A DNA stretch of 64,000 nt. It comes from Diplonema japonicum (Eukaryota > Protista > Euglenozoa: Diplonemea). Where the stretch lies: the NCBI GenBank assembly GCA_964019335.1, contig OZ025668.1:638525-702524 (forward strand), in the 5' to 3' direction. Shown here in pieces: positions 56,339 through 64,000 of the stretch; the stretch's first letter is position 1; the number at the start of each line of letters is the position of its first letter. The position numbers and the translations under genes are program-made. The notes below the pieces were generated by a model. That model made no database searches, had not been told where the DNA came from, and was given only the letters and a program-made list of their open reading frames with translations.

Positions 56339-57727
56339 GGTGGGAAGCACTTCAGTTTGGATAGGGGGGCTGATGTCGCTCTGGGCCATGTCGGAAGTGA
56401 TGGTGGGGAAAGCTGGTGCTGACCCGACCCAGAGATTCGGACCGGTAAAGCTGAGGAAGACAAGACGCGGATCGAGAGGTCACTACCTGCCGGTGTACTT
56501 GGGCCCGCCTAGAAGCTCAAGACGCAGAAAAAAGAAGGAAGACGCCAAGCAAGCGGCGAAGGAACGAGCCGAGACGGAGGATAAGCTCTTTCAGGCCGAA
56601 CACCTGGACCCCTTTGCGGACTTGACGCTGGCAGGGGACGCGTTGCAAGGAGGTGGTGACCCTCCCCCCATGGATTTGGATGATGAGCACACGGAGGCGC
56701 AGAAGGAGGGGGAAAAAGAAGGAACAGACAAACATCAATGCCGGATGGAAGGCTGCTCTTTCCGCACCAGTGTGGCAAGCTGTCTAGTTAAACACCTCAA
56801 TGCGGTCCACCATCATTTTGTGAAACAAGAGCAGGCGAGGAACATGAAGGTGAACCTCTGTGGAACGTGTGCTGCGGCGTGCTCGTCGAACCAGACGCAC
56901 TGTGCACTACACAGGCAGCGGAATCTGTGGAACCCCGACAAACAACCCAGGGCCGGCAAGTCAGTGGACGAGATCATGAAGAGCTTCAAGCTGACGAGGA
57001 GATCGACGGAGAAGGACGGGAACTGCATGTTCCACGCCCTGGCCGGTTCGCTCGGGGAAGCCTACGGGGACCACACCCACATCAGGAGCGAGGTTGTAGA
57101 ATGGATGAAACACCGGGAGGAGCACTATGCCCCGTTTTGCAGCGAGGGTTGGGACCGGTACTTGGAAGGGATGGGCACAGCGGCGACGTGGGGAGACCAC
57201 TTGTGCCTGGCAGCCGCAGCACACCTGGAGAGTGATGAGATCCCGGAGAGCGTTCTGAGGAGACTGGACCTCGAGAGGTGCCTGGTGTGCAGGGGCTGTG
57301 TGTGGAAGGGTCAGGGGTGCCACGACGAGTGCAAAAAGGCGGTGCGAAGGGAAGGGGAATACACGACCCCCCCGCCGGCCCCGACGAGGACCGAGTTACC
57401 CAGCCTGGAAGCCATAGCCGCCATGAACGTCACGACCATGGGGTCGATCCCGACGAGCCTTCAAAGACTGTGGGGGCTTACCCTTAAGCACACTCTGGGC
57501 CGGGCGGTGAAGGACAACACAGAGGAGGCTTGGCTGCTGGTGGCGATGCTCCCCAAAGCCTGTGGAAGAAGAGGGGAGGGAAGAAGCGGGACAAGGAGAC
57601 GGAGCTGAGTGTCCAGGCCAGATTGGAGGAGTGGGAGAAGGGAAATTACATGGCCCTCTGGAATAAGCTGGAATCAGGTGAGAAGGGGGAACCTAAGAAC
57701 GACGAGGTCTCTAAGGTCGCCAGGGCA

Positions 57728-58064
57728 TGGACATTGGTCACTCTGCCCCTTTCCCCTTTTTTGATTCTCCCTCTTTCCCCCTCCTAAATTTTACCCCCTG
57801 CCCCACTCATTCCTCCCTAGTATGTTTTTGAATTTGCCTCTTCTTCTTTTAAGCCTTTTTTGAGATTTTTATTTTTGAATTTTTATCATTTGGAGTTGCT
57901 TCTTCTTCTTCCCCTCTCCCTCCCATAAAGAAAAAGAGAAACCCATGCCTTCCTCCCAGGTTGGAACTTGATTGTCTGTTTTGGAATATTTTTATTTTCT
58001 CTTAAGATTTATCGTGCCTTGTGTGTCTTTTGAAGAAAAAAAAAAAAAAACATTCTCAAGTCCC

Positions 58065-58111
<47 letters not shown>
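57728..58111 (+). mobile_element. Nested 5'-truncated copy of the element's 3' UTR + poly(A)
   Basis: Matches ~62933-63280 plus poly(A); removal restores KVARA|TELCSKGRFS; GCA microhomology at the 5' junction; no clear TSD. Confidence 0.92.
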
Positions 58112-58113
<2 letters not shown>

Positions 58114-61100
58114 GGAACTGTGCAGCAAAGGGAGGTTCTCGGCAGGAAACGAGGCGCCTTGTAGCCCAGGGGCTGGCGGAAGACAATGAGGATTGCTGGA
58201 GAGCGCTGCAGAGCAAACATCCAGAGCCACTACACCCCCAATGGGACAACCCGGCGAAGACGAAGGAAGCGGTAGAAGTCTTGCCGGAAGAAGTGCTGGA
58301 CGCAATCAGGGACTTCCCGAGGGGGACTGCTGCGGGACCGACTGGTCTGAGAGCCCAGCACATCAAGGACGCGGTGGACGGAGCTTTTGAGTCTCAAGGC
58401 TGTTTGATGTCGGTGACGAGGGCAGTCAACGCATTAGCTAGAGGCACGGCCCCTAGGGAGGTGGCTCCGCTGATGGCAGGGGCGAACCTTGTAGCCCTCA
58501 AGAAGAACGACAGGGACGTGCGGCCCATAGCCGTTGGGGATGTGCTGCGTCGGCTGGTGGGGAAATCCCTTGTGAAGAAGATCGCTCCGGAAGTGGCCTC
58601 TTCGTACCTGAAGAAAGGCGGCCAGGTGGGGGTATCGGTCCCTGCTGGAATGGAGGCGGCTATACACACCATCAGGCAGTATGTGGACAGGGAACGGGGC
58701 AACAAGCAGGAAAACAAGGTGATCCTCAAGATCGACTACGCCAACGCCTTCAACAGTGTTTGTCGGAGGCAGCTGTGCTCACAGGCCTATGAGCAAGCGT
58801 CGGGGCTGTATGCGTGGGCCGATTGGTGCTACAGGGTGCCCTCCCAATTATACTACAACGGAAAGGTGATTAAGTCCCAGGAAGGGGTGCAACAGGGGGA
58901 CCCGATGGGACCGCTGCTGTTCTCTCTGGCCATCCAACCCCTGGTGAACAAGATAAGTGAAGACTGCAACCTGGACATCCTCCAGTTCTACCTGGACGAT
59001 GGCGTCCTTGTGGGGAATGTGGATGAAGTGAGAAAGGCGTACAACATCTTGTGTGAGCTGAGCGGAATGATAGGGCTGAAAGTGAAACCCCAGAAGTGCG
59101 AGCTCATATGGGTTAGTGGCGACCTCCCCCAGACAGTGGAGGACACAGGCTTCGATGGCCTGACAGAAGAGAATTTCCACAAAGAGAGGAACTTCATGCT
59201 CCTGGGGGCGCCGATAGGATCGCCGGAGTACACGCAAGCCTTTCTGAACAAACGCTTGGACGCGCTGGAAGAGAACTTCGACATGCTGACCAAGGTGGGG
59301 AGGCAGACAGGGTACACACTTCTCCGGTATTGCAGCTCATACAGCAAACTGGTGTTTTACATGAGAGTGGTCCCAGACTCGCATGTGGGAGGGTCATGCA
59401 CAGGTTCGACGAGATGGTGCGGAAGACGATGGCGAAGGTGTGCGGCATGCAGTTCGAGAACGGGTCGAAAGAATGGCAGCAGGCGAAACTGTCCGTAAAA
59501 GTCGGTGGGCTTGGGATGAGGAGCTGCCAGGAGCACCTGCGCGCGGCCAACATGGCTTCGAGGGCGTCGACGATGAAGCTGTGCAAGGAGCTGGATCCCA
59601 AATACGAACATGGGCTGGAAGGGGGTGTATGGGGGAGCTGGCTCGAGTGGTTCAACAGGACGAAGGGCGGCATGCAGATTACACCCGACATGGTGGCCAA
59701 GGCCCCCCACATCTGCAGCCAGAGGTGGCTCTCTAGGGTGCTTAATGAGAAGGCGCTGGAGGACCTCTTGGCGAAAGCAGATGCACGCTCGAGGGCGAGG
59801 TTGATGTCGGTGTCAATGCACTATGCGGGGGCGTGGTTGACGGCGACGCCTGACTTCTACAACCAGCTGTCGGACAACGAGTTTGGGGCTCTGATCAAGT
59901 GGTGGTTGGGGGCTCCGGTCTACAAGCAGGGTGAGAGCTGCCACGACCCGAGGTGCAAGACTGAGGGGATGGACGTATGGGGTGACCATGCCCAGGGATG
60001 CGGCAACGCCAGGATTGCGAGGCACGACCGGGTGAAGGAGACCATCCACAGACACTGTCAGTGGGCCGGGGTGAGCGCAACGATGGAGAAGACGGGGCTG
60101 ATCCCGGGGTCGTCCCAGCGCCCGGCGGACGTGTTCTTCCCAGGGGGGGTGGGGGGTTCCCGCCCAATGGCTATGGACGTGGTCATCGTGCACCCGAGGA
60201 ACGAGTCTTGTGCCAACCAGGCGGCGAAGACTGCGGGGTACGCAGCGGCGAAGGCGGAACACTACAAGCGCCAGAAGTATGAGGCGGAGCTCGCCAAGAC
60301 ACGCGTGGCCTTTGTACCTTTCGCGATGGAGACCTTTGGGGGGTTCGGGGAGGCAGCAGTCTACCTCACGAAGAAACTGTCCAGGAGCATAGCTGCGCGG
60401 GCTCACGGGGACAGAGTCTCGATACACAGGCGTGTGGTCCAAGAGGTGTCAACGGCCATGATGAGATCGATAGCAGGGGCGCTGTTAGTCAAAGGGCCTG
60501 TACAGTTGGATCCAGGGCCCCCGGTACCGGACGGCGAAGAGGAAAAAAAGGACAACGAGGAAGCGAACAACGAACCCAACACTGAATCCAACACTGACCT
60601 CACAGAGGACTCCTTCGGCAATGAAAAAACCACCGAAGCTGAGGAGTCGTCCGAGAGGGAAGTGAAGGGACAGGGAGGCGGACCCCCAATCACGGTGGCC
60701 CACCAGCTGGATGCCCTTCTGGAGCAGACGAAGAAGGACCTGGACGCCCGAATGCAGCAGCAGCGAAAGGCGGAACCGGTGGAGGGTGGAACACAAGGGA
60801 AAGCGGGAGCAGGACTCGAAGCAGCCTCGCCGGGAGGAGAAGACACGGAGATGGCCGGAACAGGATCCAGCGAGAGGGCTGGGCAGGGAGGGGGGCTTGA
60901 CCCGAAGGCCCAGGAAGATGGGAAGAGACAAGGGGCGACTGACGCTGCGGTGAACCAGACCTTGGACGAGTGTCCTAAGGGGGATACGGAGGCCCAGAGG
61001 GACTCGAACAAGGGGGACCAGAGTGCGACAACTGCTACGAGGAAGATGACCGTGAGCGAATTCTGTAGGGAACAAGCTGCGAAGAGACAGGGCGGTGGGA

Positions 61101-63261
61101 GGACTCTGAAGCCGCAGGCGGATGACGCCCCCGAAGGGACCAAAGAGGGCGGGAACGCACCGAGCGGAGGCAGCCAGTCGGGGCCTGACACACCTAGGGG
61201 TGGGATCCAGACGCCGGAGGGAGATCAGCTGATGGGAGTCAGGGCACCGGAAAGGGAACAGCAGGTGGAAGTAGGGGGAGACTTCGTTCAGCTTGACCCG
61301 ATTGATGTGGTGATGGGCATCCCAATTCCGAGAGCGATGGTGCCACTGAGGGCGAGGCCGGGGGACCGACTGCCCAAGTTCATCATCCAGTTCGAGGGCC
61401 GGGTGGAGATCATCCTTGAAGAAGGAACGGACCCTGGAAGGGAGAGGACTGAGGAGATGCTTCTTGCGAAGGCCGAGTCGCTGGGTGTTCCACTGGAGGT
61501 GGCTATGGCTGGCCAGATTGGTATCGCTGGACTTGGATACATGATGGTAAAGCAGTACTTCGCAAGCTTGGAAGGTGGGTCGGACGGAGAGCGCCGCAGC
61601 CGCATTGTGGGTTGTGAGGTGCAGAAGTCGGAAACATACCGCGAGTTCGAGTTCCCGAGGACGGTCCAGGATTTCCAGATCACGTACGCGTGTGGGTGTT
61701 CGGCGGTGCAACCTGTTCGTTTCAAGGGTGGCGTGCTCAAGGGGACTCTGGAAACGGCATGGAGGGTGGTCAAGTTGCAGACCCGGGGGTGCAGACACCA
61801 CCCGGCACCGGGGAAGGAAGGGGTAGTGGGCATTGCGGCGGGAGCCGGCGCTACCAAGGTGACACTACGTGAGTTCTTGGAGAGGTGCGACGCAAGGATA
61901 AGGGCCCCAGTGGGAAAAGTCAAGGACCTGATCAAAGTGAAGGCGTGGGTGAGGGATGGAAGGAAGGTCACCCTCGACGTCTACGAGGGGAGGGGGCCCT
62001 GCGAGAAGGAGACGAGGCGCACTGTCCAGGACCATCTGCGGAAGATGGGTGTTGAAGAGGTCGACCTGCAGTCAGCGGTGGTGACGGTCCGGGGTTGTTC
62101 GAGGACGTCTCCTTTGAGAGGTACCTTGGGCTGTTGGCCCGGAAGAAGGAGGAAGACAGGGAGAGGCGGCCTGAGGTGGTTGCCACGGACCTCCCCACCC
62201 TGGAAGAGCTGAAGTGGAGCAAGAAGGACAAGAAGCGGGCCCGGGCCCGATCGGCCAGTACTGACTCGGATTGTGTGGAGGGTGGCTACATCTATCTGAA
62301 GGGTACGGGGGCGGATGGCACCGTGGTCGAAGCCAACATATGCAGGGGTGAGCTCAAGGGGATGACCGGGCCCCAGTTCAAATTCTTGGCGGAGCACAGG
62401 TTGATGGAAGAGCTGGGGAGCGACGACCTGGTGCGGGACACGGTCAAGGTGCGCAACAAGGAGAACTGGGCCCCGGTGAACAGTGCGGTGGCTTGGCTGC
62501 AGCTCGAGTCGGGGAGGGCACGGGTGGGGCCCATACCCCACAAGAAGAGGTCCAAAGGCTCGCTGGCCAGATAGGCCAGCGGGGGTGTGGGGGGCTGTTC
62601 TCCCCCCCCCCCGCCATAGGAAGATGTGAAACTTTTTTTTTTTTTTTTCTGAGAAAAAAAAAAAGGGAAAAATAAAAGAATAGGGAACAGGTGCTACAAC
62701 GGCCAGGCTAGATAGAACCACTTAGATTTTTTTTTTTTTCCTTTTTTTTTTTTTTCTTTTTGTTTTTCCTTTTTTTTTTTTTTTTTTTTATTTTTCTGTT
62801 TTTCTTTTTCTTTTTCTTTTTGAAGTGGAACCATCTCGGTCGACGTTTTTTTTTTTTTTTCTTTTTTCTTTTGTGGTGATGTGTTTTTCCTGTTTTTGAT
62901 TTTCTTCTTCCCCCGCTCTATGCTTTTTCGCATGGACATTGGTCACTCTGCCCCTTTCCCCTTTTTTGATTCTCCCTCTTTCCCCCTCCTAAATTTTACC
63001 CCCTGCCCCACTCATTCCTCCCTAGTATGTTTTTGAATTTGCCTCTTCTTCTTTTAAGCCTTTTTTGAGATTTTTATTTTTGAATTTTTATCATTTGGAG
63101 TTGCTTCTTCTTCTTCCCCTCTCCCTCCCATAAAGAAAAAGAGAAACCCATGCCTTCCTCCCAGGTTGGAACTTGATTGTCTGTTTTGGAATATTTTTAT
63201 TTTCTCTTAAGATTTATCGTGCCTTGTGTGTCTTTTGAAGAAAAAAAAAAAAAAAAAAACA

Positions 63262-63325
63262 TTCTCAAGTCCCCCTTTTTATTTATTTTCTCAAGTCCCC
63301 CTTTTTATTTATTTTCTCAAGTCCC

Positions 63326-63332
<7 letters not shown>
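63262..63332. repeat. 26-bp terminal tandem repeat before poly(A)
   Basis: ctcaagtccccctttttatttatttt starting at 63264, 63290 and (partial) 63316. Confidence 0.9.
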
Positions 63333-63365
<33 letters not shown>

Positions 63366-63366
<1 letters not shown>

Positions 63367-64000
63367 GCAAACCCGCAAACCCGCAAACCCCGCAAACCCC
63401 GCAAACCCCGCAAACCCGCGCAAACCCGCGCAAACCCGCGCAAACCCGCGCAAACCCGCGCAAACCCGCGCAAACCCGCGCAAACCCGCGCAAACCCGCG
63501 CAAACCCGCGCAAACCCGCGCAAACCCGCACAAACCCGCACAAACCCGCACAAACCCGCACAAACCCGCACAAACCCGCACAAACCCGCACAAACCCGCA
63601 CAAACCCGCACAAACCCGCACAAACCCGCACAAACCCGCACAAACCCGCACAAACCCGCACAAACCCGCACAAACCCGCGCAAACCCGCGCAAACCCGCG
63701 CAAACCCGCGCAAACCCGCGCAAACCCGCGCAAACCCGCGCAAACCCGCGCAAACCCGCGCAAACCCGCGCAAACCCGCGCAAACCCGCGCAAACCCGCG
63801 CAAACCCGCGCAAACCCGCGCAAACCCGCGCAAACCCGCGCAAACCCGCGCAAACCCGCGCAAACCCGCGCAAACCCGCGCAAACCCGCGCAAACCCGCG
63901 CAAACCCGCGCAAACCCGCGCAAACCCGCGCAAACCCCGCGCAAACCCGCGCAAACCCGCGCAAACCCGCGCAAACCCGCGCAAACCCGCGCAAACCCGC
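63366..64000. repeat. 10-bp satellite (GCAAACCCGC)n with an internal (ACAAACCCGC)n block; runs off the window
   Basis: Direct reading; variant block at ~63530-63670. Confidence 0.97.

Larger units (their letters stand above)
55619..62574 (+). pseudogene. Reconstructed single polyprotein ORF of the CRE element (two insertions; frameshifts near 57560, 58148, 59390, 62090)
   Basis: ORF-track pieces 55535, 56340, 57530, 58281, 59330 and 62095 join after removing the nested insertions and correcting the frameshifts; includes a C2H2 finger (CRMEGC...HLNAVH) and OTU-like DGNCMFHA...WGD. Confidence 0.8.
55220..63365 (+). mobile_element. CRE/SLACS-clade non-LTR retrotransposon (RT + restriction-like endonuclease), defective copy; 5' end may extend to 54234
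   Basis: RT motifs GPTGLR, RPIAVG, KIDYANAFN, GVQQGDP, YLDD, LGAPIG; CCHC knuckle, RHD, RPAD, MDV, K..KY, FVPFAMETFGGFG; ~760-bp 3' UTR and poly(A) 63333-63365. Confidence 0.93.

Noticed and set aside
54763-63030. LTR retrotransposon, suggested by the flanking direct repeats
   Set aside because: The RT is non-LTR type with a REL endonuclease and poly(A); there is no integrase or TG...CA ends, and the 3' repeat is not terminal
63309-64000. ORFs of (RGFARVCAGL)n, and a telomere interpretation
   Set aside because: The ORFs are stop-free translations of a 10-bp satellite; strand polarity is wrong for a right-hand telomere and the unit is not TTAGGG-like

Overview
Eukaryotic nuclear DNA, almost certainly from a diplonemid (Euglenozoa); the evidence is a 37-nt match to the diplonemid spliced-leader exon at 53910-53946. 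Bases 1-45.1 kb hold about 24 protein genes, all on the minus strand, often only 60-115 nt apart and carrying tiny (mostly 31-44 nt) GT-AG introns. They include a peroxisomal thiolase, a lipoxygenase, ERCC1, LAMTOR5, a TFIIE-beta-like protein, BBS1, TMEM107, PI4K, an M14 peptidase and a TrmA-kinase fusion. A CpG-depleted patch of transposon relics (45.4-48.8 kb) occupies the divergent strand switch. On the plus strand follow a ubiquitin-like/LRR gene with about 24 variable 72-bp repeats and a truncated zeta-toxin-like kinase. The most unusual part is a retroelement complex at 53.9-64 kb. It contains a genomic spliced-leader relic, a complete HDV-like self-cleaving ribozyme fold, an array of YNCG hairpins, and a CRE/SLACS-clade non-LTR element (basic region, two hydrophobic segments, zinc fingers, OTU protease, RT, REL endonuclease, long C-terminal extension). 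The element carries nested copies of its own 3' end, and its poly(A) abuts a (GCAAACCCGC)n satellite. All calls come from reading the sequence by eye; no database searches were run.
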